Below, piece after piece: positions 1-36,293 of a DNA stretch of 64,000 nucleotides. Location of the stretch: assembly GCF_009914755.1 (NCBI RefSeq), contig NC_060931.1; one strand, given 5' to 3'. This DNA comes from the human T2T-CHM13v2.0 reference genome, Homo sapiens. Position 1 is the stretch's first letter; the number at the start of each line of letters is the position of its first letter. The translations under genes and the position numbers were made by a program. The notes beneath the pieces were generated by a model. That model saw only the letters and a program-made list of their open reading frames with translations, made no database searches and had not been told where the DNA came from.

Positions 1-248
<248 letters not shown>

Positions 249-2467
249 TAAGGCTGGAGAGAGATTTTAGAGAGACCAACCGCGTGAAGCCCCGTCTACC
301 AGATCCAGCACAGGCGCTCAAAAAAATCAGTCCCTGCTCCAGCTCTGGGCTTCTCTGTCACTGGCCTTCTGTGCCCAGTCCCCCGGAAACTGATCTGAGC
401 TGGGGTGTGAGCCTTCACAGCAGCGTGTAGGGAAAGTGCTGGGCCAGGGTCCTCCGCCCTGACTTTTGGGCTCATCCTGCCACTTCCTGCCTATGTGTGC
501 AAACGAGAGCTGCCTTTTCTCTCTGAATCCCAGCTTTCTCAACTGTAAAATGGGTACTCCAGCCTGCCTGGCCCACCTCACAGTGGAGGTCCAGGTGCTG
601 TGTAGACTGTTGAGGGCCATGTGTCAGGTGGCCCAGGCCACCCAGGGACTGGGCAACCTCACTGGCAGGTGGGCATAGGGACGGCTCTTGTCCAGGAGGG
701 CCTGCCTGGATGGTGAGCCAGTGAGAGTCCTCAGTCCCCAGCCAGGACTGCTCTGGGCCCAGCCTGGCCGGAGATCCCATCCCAAAGGCAATGACCATGC
801 TTCAGCCTCTCGAGTAGCTGGGATTACAGGCACACAATCATACCCAGCTAATTTTTTTAGTAGAGACGGGGTTTCACCATGTTGGCCAGGCTGGTCTTGG
901 ACTACAGACCTCAAGTGATCCGCGTGCCTCCGCCTCCCAAAGTGCTGGGATTACAGGCGTGAGCCGCTGCATCTGGCCAGGCCTCCAGCTTTTATGGGAG
1001 ACTCACGTCTGCCCGCTTGATGGAAGTTCTGGGCAGGGCAGGAGGGAGAAGAACCAGTATTTACCAGAATGGATGAGGGCATTCCAGGAGGGGCCTTTCG
1101 CTGAATGGAGGCAGTGTGGAAAAGGGGCAGGTGGGACCCAGACGGTGCAGGAGCCTGAGGCTGTCCCTCCAGGCTGTCCCAGGGATCCAGAGCCTCATCG
1201 AGGCCCCATCCTTGGCTCTTCTACCGCCCCTATCCATGGAAGCCAGGAATCTTGTTGCCCCACTTTGGGAGTCAAACTTCACAGCTTTGTCTGTCTCCAA
1301 GCCTCCCACTGGAGGTGCTTGGAGGCCTCAAACCTGCAGCCTTGAATCACCCAATGCCCTGATGGGCTGGGCTGCAGAGAGGGAGGGAAAGGTTATGGGA
1401 GTGCTGGCAGTGGAAATGGCTGGAGGTATAATGTCATTCCATTTGCAGACCAGGAAACAAAGGATGGCAGAGGGGACCACACAGCCAGGCAGTGACAGGT
1501 GGGGACAGAAAGGGACACCCCCCCGCCACCCATTGTCCTGGGGGTGCTGCCCAGGTTCCTGAGTGAGTGGTTGGGTCAGGTCACCTAAAGAACACTTGGA
1601 AGCCCGCGAGGAGAGGAAACCCACTTTCAACAAATGTGGAGAAAGGCGTGGATCAGAGTCTAACAGCTGAGGTCCCCGATGACTGTGTCCCGCTCCATTT
1701 AGGGCCCGGGACACACAACCCTCCTTGGTCCCCTCCCGTGGACATGGGACCAGGACCAAGGTCTCTTCCCCCTGAATATCCCGCCCTCCCCAGCCTCCTG
1801 CCAACTGCCTGCCTTCCAGTGCCCCCGAGGACACAGGACTGAGGCTGGATAGAGGATTGCTTCGTGGACCTTTGCTGGGGACATGTGGACAGGCAGGGGC
1901 CACCAACTCAGAGCAAAGACGTCACAGATGTGTGAAAACACTGAAGATGGGGACACAGAGGCACCGAGCGTTAGGTGGCTGGAGTCACTGGATCACAGCG
2001 TCTGGAGCCAAGGGTTTCCACTGTTCCCAGGTGTAATTCCTCCCCGCAGCCGTGCAAGGCGGGTGCCCCAGCTGTACTCACTTGGCTGCTCTGTAGGTCG
2101 CACAGTCAGTAAGCGGCAGAGCTGGGACAGGCCAGGCAGGTAGGCGTCTTGACTCGGTGCCTTACCCTCTCTGGCCTCAGTCTTCTCATCTGTCAAATGG
2201 TATAATAATAGGATGTACTCCTCAGGGTTGCTGGGAGGGTTACACACGTTAGTGCACACTGCCTGGGGCTCGGTGACTGTTCTCTAAGTGTTTGCTGCTA
2301 TTTTTTTTTACTTAAGGAAACTTAACATCGAATAGGTTAAGCAGCCGGGGCTTGAATTTAGTCTTCTCTGCACCAAAGTTGCGCTGTGGACTCTTGTGCC
2401 GACTGTGATCTAGAGATTCCCAAGCCCCAGAGGCTTTGGGGAAGGCGGAGCCAGGAGAGGCTGCTCA

Positions 2468-2487
2468 GCTGTCAGTAGATGGCGCTG
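2468..2487 (+). promoter_or_regulatory. Candidate CTCF site
   Basis: gtcagtagatggcgctg is close to the CCASYAGRKGGCRS consensus. Confidence 0.5.
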
Positions 2488-3289
2488 TGGAGCCACAAGG
2501 GCCGCCCTCGCTGCAAAAGCCCGTTGACGCACCAGGCTGTGCACAGACTGGGGTCTCCCCGCCCTGGGCCAGGCCCTGCACCAGATATGGCCCCAGGAGA
2601 GGGGGTGCCGCTAACCCTGTTTCCCTGATGAGGGATATGAAGGCTCAGAGAGGTTGAACCACTAGCCTTGAGGTCACACAGCTATAAGGGGCAGGGCTGG
2701 GGCTCCCCACCCCAGATGCCTCACTGAGCTCTCCAGCCCCACCCCCATCCCACCCCTCACCCTGGCCCTCAAGAGGCCACAGTGACTCCCTGGCGCTTGA
2801 TGGGAGCCAGGCGCGCCCCTCCTTCCCCCATGGCTGGACATTCCAATGAAGCTGAAGCCACCAGCTTTGAAGTGAGAGCTAAACCCGGATTAGGGCGGCT
2901 CCAGGCTGGCCTCTCCTTCCCAGCCCCATTGCCAGGCCCACGCTCACCAACCACGTCAGGCCAGAGTCCTGGCGGCACAAAGGGGTCTGGGGCCTAGAGG
3001 AGGCAGGACCTGCCCCGCACAACACAGTCCCTCTCATAGTCTGTTAAGAAGCCTCGGGGGCCCCCACGACCTGCTACTAGCCTGAAACCCCACGTCACGC
3101 GGGTGCCAGCACAGAAGCTCCCACGGGGCTGGGAGGCTGTGTGTCCGTCTGTCTGTGAGCAGCCACACTTCCCTGGCCTCACCCTGCCTGTTTGGGTTCC
3201 AGGATCAAGCCTCTTTATTCAAGGAGATTTGGACTCAAGACTGGAAGATGACACTGGTATAGTGAAGCTACACCAGTTCTGGAACCCGT

Positions 3290-3309
3290 GTTCCAGAAGG
3301 TTCTGGAAC
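3290..3309. promoter_or_regulatory. Perfect 4-unit heat-shock element
   Basis: gTTCcaGAAggTTCtgGAAc. Confidence 0.5.
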
Positions 3310-3371
3310 ATCCACCTTCAAATTAATCTCTCACAGCCTCTTCTTCAGAATTCAGCTCTTCCCAGACTTCA

Positions 3372-3864
<493 letters not shown>

Positions 3865-4058
3865 TGATTCTCATTTCACCTTCATGACTTTTTTTTTTGT
3901 AGCTAAATATTGTTTACATTTATCTTTTTCCTTAAATCGACTCCTATACATATGTTTATTTTAAAGAAAGCTTTTATAAAAAAGAAACCTTGCTATCAAA
4001 AATGAAAAGCTAGTCCCCTGTGCCACATACAGACAACATGCATAAAAATGCATGCCAT

Positions 4059-4608
<550 letters not shown>

Positions 4609-4693
4609 TCAAGTTATCACCTCCTCCAGGAAGCCCTCCAGGCTGAAAAGGGCATCCCCACTGTGCTTCTTCAGCTCCACAGGCATTTCCTGA

Positions 4694-5350
<657 letters not shown>

Positions 5351-6943
5351 TGAGGTTGGTGACTTTCCCAGGGACACCCATCTAGCCGTGGCAGACCTGG
5401 ATGCAAACCCAGGCCTCCGGGGCCAGCAGGGATCCACCCTCCCCTAAACTCCCTCCCTCTCAGGGCTCTACTTCACCTTGATCAAGCGAGACCTTGTGTT
5501 TGAGAGAGACAGGAAGAGAAAAACAGACACGGACAGACCCCTGGGATCCCCGGAGGCCCAAGCCAACCCCCAGTCAGACTGAAATCCTTAGCCCAGCCCG
5601 GGCCTCAGCTCACAGCAGGCATAGAGTACAATTTTCCATCCAGACTCTAGCTATGGGGGCACCCCCTCGGAACCTCACCGCATGCCTTCACCAGCCCCTG
5701 AGGCCTGAAATTCCATGAGGACATTTCATTGCCCTGAAGTGTGGTGTCCCAGGCTAAAGACACCATCAGCCCCTAGTCCCCACTTCCACCCCAGCCATGT
5801 CCTGGCTGTGAAAAAGGTGCAGCCGCTCCCAGGGTTGCCAGAAAAACAGAGTGATGGTGGAAGCCGGTGCCAGGCAGGGTCCCTCCACCAGCCACGCTGT
5901 CCCGGGAGGGGCCCCACCCTTCTGCGATCAGCAGAGGATCCCTGGGAGAGTCGCCGCCCCTCCAGCTCCAAGCCCCTGGGGTCCGTCCTGGAAAGACCTT
6001 CAAAGGACTTGGCCATTCTTGAGTGAGCGCCAGGACGGAATCTGCTCCCAGAGTCAATTTAAGCAGCCACACGGGTGGAAGGAATTTGCTGTTTCTCTTA
6101 ACAGCGACCCCCTCATGATTTATGCGGGGGCCACTGTCCGAAGGCCCCCGGCTGATGGCTCCTGAGCGGAAAAATGAAATGCCAAGACCCAGGCATCTTG
6201 CTGGGCTAATTACTCTCAATGAGACCCAGCTGGCTGTGGGAGCCGGCGGCGCCGGGGCAGGCCCGGATCCCTGTACCCAGCTCCCTGGGGCTACAAAGGC
6301 CTGTCCCAACCCTGCCTGTGTTCCCTGTCTGTCACCTACCAGGCCAAGTGTGGGGCTACCAAGGATTCTAGGAGAGCCACTTTGGCCAGATAACAAGATG
6401 CATCACCTTGGATGCTGCCAAGCAAGCCCAGGACTGGCCATGGCCTTGGGTTTGCTGCTGCCCTGGGGGGTACATATCCTTGAGACACCAGGGGCCCTGG
6501 GGTTCCATTCTGCTTATGGGAAGACTAAGGCCCAGGCAGACAGGGAAAGTACCCTGAAGCCTCCAGGAGGCTCAGGAATAATTGCAATTCCAGCCTCAGC
6601 TTCTGCCCTGCAGTGTCTTGGAGGCCCAAAGCCACAGAGCTGCTTCCAGATAACTCCCGTGATTCGGGGCTGGCTCTCTGGGTGTCCTGGAGACAGTCAA
6701 ATATTTCCCAAGAGCCTCCTGCATGCCAGGCCCCATGTAGGGTGCTGGGGGCATAGCTGTGGGCAAATCCAGCCTACTCCCTTCCCTCAGGGATTTATGG
6801 CACTCTGGGGGAAGACAGACACCACTTACCAAAAAGTGAAAGTTCTTGGTGCCATGAAACTACATGGAAAGTGATTTGGCCTATGCCGCTGTCAGGGCCT
6901 TAGGATACGCTGCTGACCTGAGACCAGAAAGCTGAGTAGGGAG

Positions 6944-7757
6944 CATGATGGTTACTACTGGGTGTCAACTTGATTGGGTTGAAGGATGCAAAGTATTGAT
7001 CCTTGGTGTGTCTGTGAGGGTGTTGCCAAAGGAGATTAACATTTGAGTCAGTGGACTGGGAAAGGCAGACCCACCCTCAATCTGGGTGGGCACTATCTAA
7101 TCAGCTGCCAGTGAGGCCAGAATATAAAGCAGGCAGAAGAATGTGAAAAGACTAGCGTGGCCTAGCCTCCCAGCCTACACCCTTCTCCTGTGCTGGATGC
7201 TTCCTGCCCTCGAACATTGGACTCCAAGTTCTTCAGCTTTGGAACTTGGACTGGTTTCCTTGCTCCTCAGCTTGCAGACGGCCTATTGTGAGACCTTGTG
7301 ATCCTGTGAGTTAATACTTAATAAACTCCCCTTTATGTATATCTATATCTCTCTCTATATATATATCCTATTTTATATAATGTTATATAATATATATTAT
7401 ATAATTCTTTATATATAAATCTATATATATCTCTCTCTCTTATTAGTTCTTTCCCTTGTGATCCTGTGAGTTACTACTTAATAAACTCCCCTTTATATAT
7501 ATATCCTATTTTACATATATCCTATCCTATTATATATATTATATATAATACAATAATTCTTTATATATAATAATTCTCTCTCTATATATATATATCCCAT
7601 TAATTCTTTCCCTTGTGATCCTGTGAGTTAATACTTAATAAACTCCCATATATATATATATATATATATACACACATCCTATTTTATATATATATATCCT
7701 ATCCTATTATATATCTATCCTATTAGTTCTTTACCTCTAAGAACCCTGACTAATGCA
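6944..7757 (+). mobile_element. MLT2A-type (HERV-L) solo LTR with triplicated 3' segment and (TA)n
   Basis: gatggttactactgggtgtcaacttgattgg...gaaccctgactaatgca; characteristic MLT2 motifs. Confidence 0.85.
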
Positions 7758-8010
7758 GGGGGGATTGGGCAAAGGGGGCAGGGAGTGTTCCAGGTAGAGG
7801 GAGCAGCATGAGCAAGACTCTGCAACAGGAGGAAACGTAGGGTCCCCAATGAAACTGTGCAGCTGGAACCCAGAGCCCAGGGCACGGTGGTGCAGGGAAG
7901 TTCAAGAGGCCGGCAAGGGGTTCTTTTGTTTGTTTTGTTTTGTTTTATTATTTCTTTTAGAGATAGGGTCTTGCTTTGTTTCTGAGGCTGGTCTAGAATT
8001 CCTGGGCTCA

Positions 8011-8103
<93 letters not shown>

Positions 8104-9343
8104 TCAGAAAGAACACTGGAAAGACGATGTGTCCACCCACATGCTCATTCTTGCTGATTTCTCTCTGGCTTTTGGGAGCCTCAGCCCTCTACCCCTGGAA
8201 GGGCAGCTCTGTGGATTACCCCAGCTACAGGGACGGGAGGAAGAACTGTAGAGCCTGGGGTCATCCAGGTATTCCTCAAGGACTGGACAGAAAGGCGTGG
8301 ATATTGAAGGCAGCTAGTCATGTGCCCAGGTCAGGGGCAGTGGAGACCACCAATGAACCACAGCTTGGGAGAGAGGGGCCTCCAGGAGGCCATGCTGTGT
8401 AACTCCCAAGAGTGGCAGAGACCAGGGAGTTGGAGCCGCCAGCAGCCTCACAGCCATCTTGTGCCTTCTGAGAGGCCCCCTGCTTTTCTTTTCCCTGGGG
8501 CCCCACTTGTGCCGCATCACTCCCATGCCTGTAGCCTACCCCCATCCTGGTATCTCCCAGCCAGAGACCATTGAGGGCAGAGGTGAGGTGTTACTGGTGT
8601 TATTGATCACCCTCTCTGAGCACTGGTACAGAGGAGGTATAGACAAGTGGAGGCACTGAGGACAGAGGAATAAATGAGATGAATGCCCCGGCCTCCTCTC
8701 TGAGCTGACGTGGAGTCCCTCTGGCCTTCCCTACCGGCTGGCCCTGTGTCTTGGAGGAGCTGGGCTCCTGCAGGTGGGCAGGCCTAGCTGCAGGGAGCAG
8801 CTGGCAAGCAGATGCCTGTGGCCTGCAGTACCTTGGCGCTGGCTTGGTTCTGCGGGGCACAAACAGGTCTGACAAGTTCCTCAGCAGCAGAGACAGGGCT
8901 CGGTCCGTGATTTCTAGGAAAGTCAAAGTCTTGGAGAGCAAGCGGAGCCAGGCTTGGGGTGGAGGGAGGAGCTCCTCTGCCATGTACCTGTCCCCTGTGT
9001 CCTGAGCCCAGAGCTCCAGACTGATGGTGGTGCTTCTCTCTCCCGCCTCCCACAGAGGGAACAGGAGCTCAGCAGTGGGGAAAGAGGAGGGGAGACCTTT
9101 CACTGTGGCCAAGGGGTAGGGGAGTGTGGCCCCTGTGGTGAAGCAGCTACCGTCAAAGCCAGGGCTGGCCCTCTGCAGGGTCCAACATGCCACTCTCCTT
9201 GGCCTCCTTCCTCCTGGCCTCTCAGGGTCTGAATTCTACCCCTCAACCCACAGCCTCCAATCCTTGGCTCCAGGGACCTGCTCCCCCAACCTCAGCCACC
9301 CGATTCCAGGGTCACACCTTAGACCTGCTCTTCTCTTCCTTAA

Positions 9344-9952
<609 letters not shown>

Positions 9953-10074
9953 TAGTAGAGATGATGTTTGGCCATGTTGGCCGGGCTGGTCTCAGATTTC
10001 TGACCTCATGTGATCTGTCTGCCTCGGCCTCCCAGGGGCCGGGGTTACAGGCATGCGCCACTGCATCTGCCCAA

Positions 10075-12020
<1,946 letters not shown>

Positions 12021-12162
12021 TTTTTTTTAAGTATGCACTCTTTCGCCTCTTTTTCCATACAACATAGTATATATGAGCAATCAACCAAACTGTTGTGTAC
12101 ATCAGTAGTTTGTTCTTATTGCCATGTGGTATTCCCATGTATGAGTGCCCTATCATTTATTT

Positions 12163-12193
<31 letters not shown>

Positions 12194-13215
12194 TTTTTTC
12201 AGACAGGGTCTCGCTGTCGTCCAGGCTGGAGTGCAGTGGTGTGATCACAGCTCACTGCAGCCGCCAACTCCTGGGCTCAAGTGATCCTCCCACCTCAGCC
12301 TCCTGAATAGCTGGGACTATAGGCATGCGCCACCATGCCAGGCTAATTTTTAAATTTTTTTTTATTTGTAGAGATGGGGTCTTGCTATGTTGCTGGGACT
12401 GGTCTCAAACTCCTGGCGTCAAGCAATCCTCCTGCCTCGGCCTCCCAAAGCTCTGGGACTACAGGCCTGAGCCACTGTGCCCGGCCTCTTTTCAGATCTT
12501 TATGGCCATTTGGATATTATTATTGTCGTCTACCTTTTTTGGGGTTATAATCTTTCTATTATAGATATGTAGGATTTTAAAAAAATACATCTTCTGGATA
12601 TGAGATCTTGTCATGATCTACGTTGCCAGTATCTTTTCTCGTCCGGTGCCTTTTTGCATTCTTAATTGTATCTTTTGGTGAGCAGAAGTTTTTAATTTTG
12701 ATGAAGTCCAACTTATCCACTTTTATGATCACAGTTATGTGTGTCCCATTTAAGAAATCCTTGCCTACCCCCTAAACATCCCTTGAAGCCACCTCTTCCC
12801 TTCTGACGTCTTCACCTCTAGCCAGCTCTTTGCAGCCAGTTTTCTCCCGTGCTTCTCCATTCTCCTCCCACCGATGTCCCCACCCCACTTTTTGCCCCCT
12901 CCTCTGCCTTCCTCACTGCAGTCAGCACCATATCCTGCCCAGGGACAGTCCTGGCTCCTCTGAGAGTCCCTGGGACCAGCACAGCCTCTGGCATGCACTA
13001 GGTGCTTAATAAAAGCTCCATAAATGAAGGCAATATCCCGTGGCTTAGCAGGGAATCGTTAAAACTGTCAATTAGCTCTAAACACCAGCTCCTCGGGAAC
13101 ATTTGAGCAGAGCCAGAGGAACAAAAAAGGTTTGGAAAAACCAACAAGATAGGAATGTTTCGTTTTCTCCCTCGCTGGAGCATTTACCGCACAAACTCAG
13201 ACCTCATTAGCATTA

Positions 13216-13221
13216 TTTATT
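13216..13221 (-). terminator. MYL10 polyadenylation signal AATAAA
   Basis: AATAAA on the minus strand about 125 nt after the stop, followed by GT/T-rich sequence (gagtttgtg). Confidence 0.75.
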
Positions 13222-13346
13222 CTTGCTTTGTCCCCAACCGTAGGACAAGGGAAGCCTTTTTCCTGCAGCCTCTGGCTGCAAGAGCTCCCTGTCACACCCC
13301 ACAACAGTGTTTGCTGCCCCTGAATGTCGGGGAGACTTGTGATCCC

Positions 13347-29002
<15,656 letters not shown>

Positions 29003-29063
29003 GGTGAAACTCTGTTTCTACAAAAAAATTTTTTTTAATTAAAAAATTAGTCAGGCATAGTGG

Positions 29064-29877
29064 TGAAGCGAAAAAGTTCCCTTATCCCGTTCATAGGGCA
29101 TGCGATGGGGGTGTGGCTCGCTTCTTCCATGCCCAGCTGCTCAAACCTCTAGGCGGACCATGCAGACAGGCAGGCTATGGGGCTCCGACCCCACGGCAGT
29201 GTCTAGGGGTGGATGCTTACAGCTCCTGAAGCCCCAGTGGGCGTGTGTTACAGGATGCTCTTTTACTTTTGCCATCTGTAGGTGGCTTGTGTTCATCAGC
29301 TCAGTTAGACCCTCTGCCTTATTGCAAGGACAAAGGGCTTTTTGTATCCTGGGGTTCTTGCCTTGGTGTACTGTGAAAATTGAATCACATGTGGGCTTGG
29401 AGAATGAGTGCGAGGTTTTATTGAGTGGTGGAAGTAGCTCTCAGCAGATGATGGGGAGCCAGAAGGGGGATGGAGTGGGAAGGTGATTTTTCCCCTGAAG
29501 TCAAGGTGCTCAGCAGCCAGACTCTCCTCCGACCATCCCCAGCCAAATTCCCCTGGGCATTTGTGTTATTCAGCCAGTCGATGGCCTGCCAGCATCTGCC
29601 AGTGCTGTCGGTGTGCTCTTCCGATCCTCTGCTCCTCTTGATGTCCAGCCACCTGTGTGTGTACCCACTGGGGTCTCAGGGTTTTCATAGGCACAGGATG
29701 GGCGGGGGGGCGGGGGGCGTGGTGGGCCAGGGTGGTCTTGGAAAATGTGACATTTGGGCATATAAACAGGAGTGCCTGTCCTCACCTAGGTCCGTGGGCA
29801 CAGGCCCAAGGGTGGAGCCCTTGCCAGGGACCCTGCCTTTCTCCTCTCAGCACTTCCCTGTCCCCCCTCCTGTATCA
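29064..29877 (-). mobile_element. ERV1 solo LTR (LTR1/LTR28/MER52-like group) inserted into an Alu
   Basis: Minus strand TGATACAGG...CTTCA termini; AATAAA at 29422-29417; 4-bp TSD GTGG at 29060-29063 and 29878-29881; splits an Alu. Confidence 0.85.
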
Positions 29878-30018
29878 GTGGCACATGCCTGCAGGCCCAG
29901 CTACTTAGGAGGCTGAGGTGGGAGGATCACATGAGCCCAGGAGGTTGAGGCTTCAATGAGCTGTGATTGCACCACTGCACTCCAGCCTGGACAACAGATC
30001 AAGGTCTCATTTCTAAAA

Positions 30019-30049
<31 letters not shown>

Positions 30050-31711
30050 GAGGGAGGGCCAGGACAAGAGCCCCTCTTTCTAGTGTTTCCAGAAGGAAGC
30101 TTCCAAAAGGTTCTGCTCATCCAAACTCTCCCCTCCTCCTGCTCCCTCCCAGTCATCCCTGACTACAGCTATTTCTGATGTCCCTAAACTCCTGTGACTG
30201 AGTCCTCCTCCCAGAGCTGGGGCCAGGTCCAGCCATGATGCTGTGCAGCCCGCTTTCTGCAGCAGGAAACCGTGTGCCTCAGTTTCCCCGACAGGGCTGC
30301 TCTCCTGGTGTCCTGGCGTTCCTCTCCGGGGAGAAAAACCACACGTTCCACAGGTGTTCAACAAGCCAGGCGGAAAGGAGAACCCAGCTCTGGGGACGGG
30401 AGCCTGGATTCCAGTCCCAGCCGCCTGGACCTGCTACAGAAGGGGGCCTGTGTGACCGCGACAGTGGCTAGGGTGCAGGCTTTCCATGCCCGGTCTGTGA
30501 GCCTGGCCCTGGGGCCTCCTGGCTCTGGGCTTACAGAGTGGGTAGCAGACCTATAACTCCTGCTTCCTGCCTCTGGCTTCCTGCTGCCCTGAGGCCTCTG
30601 CAAGCAAGGGCTCTTGCCTCCGGGGAGCACGCCCAGGACCGTGGCAGGGGCTCCCAAAGGCCGGGGACAGGCCTGAGCAAGCGGAGAGCCCCCCCGCCTG
30701 CCCGGAGGAGGGGAAGCGGCGCTGGTGAATCACACCGGGCTTACAAATTAGTCTGAGTGGATTTCCTCCCCTGGCCTCCTCCTTCATAGGACCGGAGGCA
30801 GGAAGAACCGGTGAGAAATCTGGTAGAGACATGAAAACCCCGGGGTGAGATGGTTGGGAGATGTTTGTTCCTGGGGGGCGGGAAGTGTGAGGGTGCAGTG
30901 GCCTTGAGAAGGGGGAGCCGTGAGTTCTGCACCCACAGTGGGACCCTCAGTTTTCCCCATCTGAGAAATGGTGCCAGCAGCCAGGACCCCTTGAGGCTGC
31001 CATCGGGAAGCTTAGTGCCATTGGAAGGAGGTGGGCTTTGGGGTCATCGGCCTGGGGTTTGGAGGGCAGAGCCTTCCCCTGTCCCCCTTTCCCCCTGTGT
31101 AGATGGAGTCCTTGACAGAACTTGCAGCCTCTCCAAGCTGCAGCCCCCTCACCCAGGTGACACTGCAATGAGTCAGTTGTCGTGGCTGGGTCACACTGTT
31201 TGACTCAACTGACCACAGGGCCAGGGCCAGTTCTTGGGGTCAGAGACACTCTGAGGGGTCTCTGCTCCCAGCCAGGGGACCCTGGAGAGTAAGTGTCCTC
31301 TGGAACTGGAATTCCAGGTCTGCCTGGGGTTGAGTCAGAGAATACTTAGCACTCTCGGTTTCCAGAGGTAACTGAGGTCCTGGGAGTGGCCAAGCCAGGA
31401 AGGGAGCTTGGAATGAGCCCAGCTGCCTGGCAGGGGGACAGCTGTTCCCCAGACAACACTGGAACAAGCCGGGGAGATGCCTTCCCCTTTCAACCCTCAC
31501 CCCTAACCTCTCACCTATAACTCCTCAGGGTCAGCAGGCTGTCCCTGTCCCCCAGCCCCACAGCCCTTGACCCCTTCCCTGGCCAGCCATCACCCTGACC
31601 TTGGCTGTTCTGCAAATTCTTCCCGAAATCTCCTTCCTCCAAGCCTTTGGCCACATTGTATGTTTCCCTACTCATCACAATCAGTCTCCAGCCTGCTTTA
31701 GAACACCTCTC

Positions 31712-32402
<691 letters not shown>

Positions 32403-32454
32403 CCTACCTACTGAATTTGAGAGCCTAGGCCACTTTCTGACCTTCCCTGAGCAA

Positions 32455-33320
<866 letters not shown>

Positions 33321-34619
33321 TCACAGTGAGATTTAAATGTGATCTGTAGGGGGACAGGCTACACAGCCATAGTCTACTCCTCAGGGCTCTGGGGAAGATG
33401 AGAGCATGAATTTGAAATCAGATGAAAGTGACTTCAAGTCCTGCTGGACCACTTGCTCTGTGACCTCACCCACATCACTGAATTTCCCAGAATCCTCAGC
33501 TTCTCCACCTGTCACATGGAATCAGTTTTCACTTGGCAAGTTTGTTACATGCCTGGCGCTTGTAGATTGCGGCTACCAATCCTGTCTGGTTATTGGCAGA
33601 GGACATGCTGCCTGTGACAAGACACTGAGCCAAGAGATGCCTCTGTTGGGCTTCCAGAACGTGCTTCCTGTGCCAAGGCTCCAGTGTCCTTAGTGGAAGA
33701 GAGACGCCCTCACGGCCTGCCCTTTCTGGCCTGGCCAGGGCAGCATGACTCATTGGATGACCCCTCGCCCCATCCCAAATGTCACAGCCCTGCACCATGG
33801 CTTCCCTTAGACCCTGTGGCCCAAGGATACACAGTAGGCTGGGTCCACAGGAAACACCCAAAGCCACAGAATGCCATTTGCCCACTCCCCCATCTGTATC
33901 TCCTTTACCCATCTCTGTCACATATTGAGAAAATGGTTCCAGATTGGGGGTGCACACAGCCCCTGAGCTCCTGCAGCCATCAAGGCTCCTGACAGGCTGG
34001 AGCCGACCGAGAACTAGAGGCCGGCTCAGGCCAGAGCAGCCACACATAGCATTTCAGACAGACCCTGACTCAGGGCCAGTTCGTCTCTTTCTCCCTTAAG
34101 CCAGAGGAAATAGCCTCGCATGTCCATCAACTCTCTCATTGCCAGGTGGGATGCCTGAGATGTTGACAGTTAGAGACGGTGGGCTGTCTTTTCCGAAAGC
34201 CCCTGGTGTCCCCTCCTCCCCAGCTCCCGTCCCATCTGGAGCCTTCTTCCAACTGGAGATCACTTAGAAAAGACAAAGAAACCTTTAAACTAAGAATGCC
34301 TCCTGGAATGCCTCTTGCCTGTTTTATAGCTGCAGCTCAGCGGGCTGGTGAATGTGCTCTCTCGCCCACAGAAGCTCAAGAGAGGCATCCCATTCAAGGG
34401 GCCTGTGGTCACAGCATCCTGCTGTAAAAATAGCTGTGGATGGCCAGGCACGGTGGCTCACGCTTGTAATCCAAGCACTTTGGGAGGCAAGGTGGGAGGA
34501 TCACTGAGGTCAGGAGTTCGAGACCAGCCTGGCTAACATTGTGAAACCCCATCTCTGCTTACAAAAAAAAAAAAAATTAGCCGGGTGTGGTGGCACACAC
34601 CTGTAATCCCAGCTACTCA

Positions 34620-34838
<219 letters not shown>

Positions 34839-34903
34839 CTAAAAGTGAGTAGATGAGGTCTCTGAGCCAGGTCTGGGAACATGTGGCTGGATCTTGTTTG
34901 CTC

Positions 34904-35366
<463 letters not shown>

Positions 35367-35853
35367 GTAGGGGAGCCAGAATTCAGATCCAGGCCTGAGG
35401 GACTCTGTCCCACAGCCAACTATGTGAGCCCAGGAAGTCCAGGAAACTCAGTGGGGGGTGGCACAGCATGGCAGGTGGTGACTCTCTGGCTACAGCCAGG
35501 AAGGCCTGCATTTGGAAAGGAGGCCAAGAAAGGAAGAGAGGTCGGGCCCCCTTTTGCTGCTGAGAGTGACCTTGAGAGGAGGCTGGGCCTTCCTTCAATG
35601 CCAGCTCCCTCTGACTCAGCCTGGACTGGGGCATCACCTCTCTGGGTCTGCGTGTCCCCACATGCCCTTCCTTAAGCCCCTGACCCAAGCCCTGGGGGAG
35701 GGAGGGGCTTACACTGCTCCCTCTTGCCTCACTCTCCATTGACAGCTGTAGAAACTGAGGCTCACAGGCTGGGCGTGGAGGCTCATGCCTATAATCCCAG
35801 CATTTTGGGAGGCCGAGGTGGGTGGATCACCTGAGGTCAGGAGTTTGAGATCA

Positions 35854-36293
<440 letters not shown>

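Noticed and set aside
5773-6874. 207- and 250-aa ORFs
   Set aside because: No recognisable domain; GC-rich stop-poor sequence with overlapping ORFs on both strands
8600-9193. 197-aa minus-strand ORF with a leucine-rich stretch
   Set aside because: No recognisable family and no supporting exon structure
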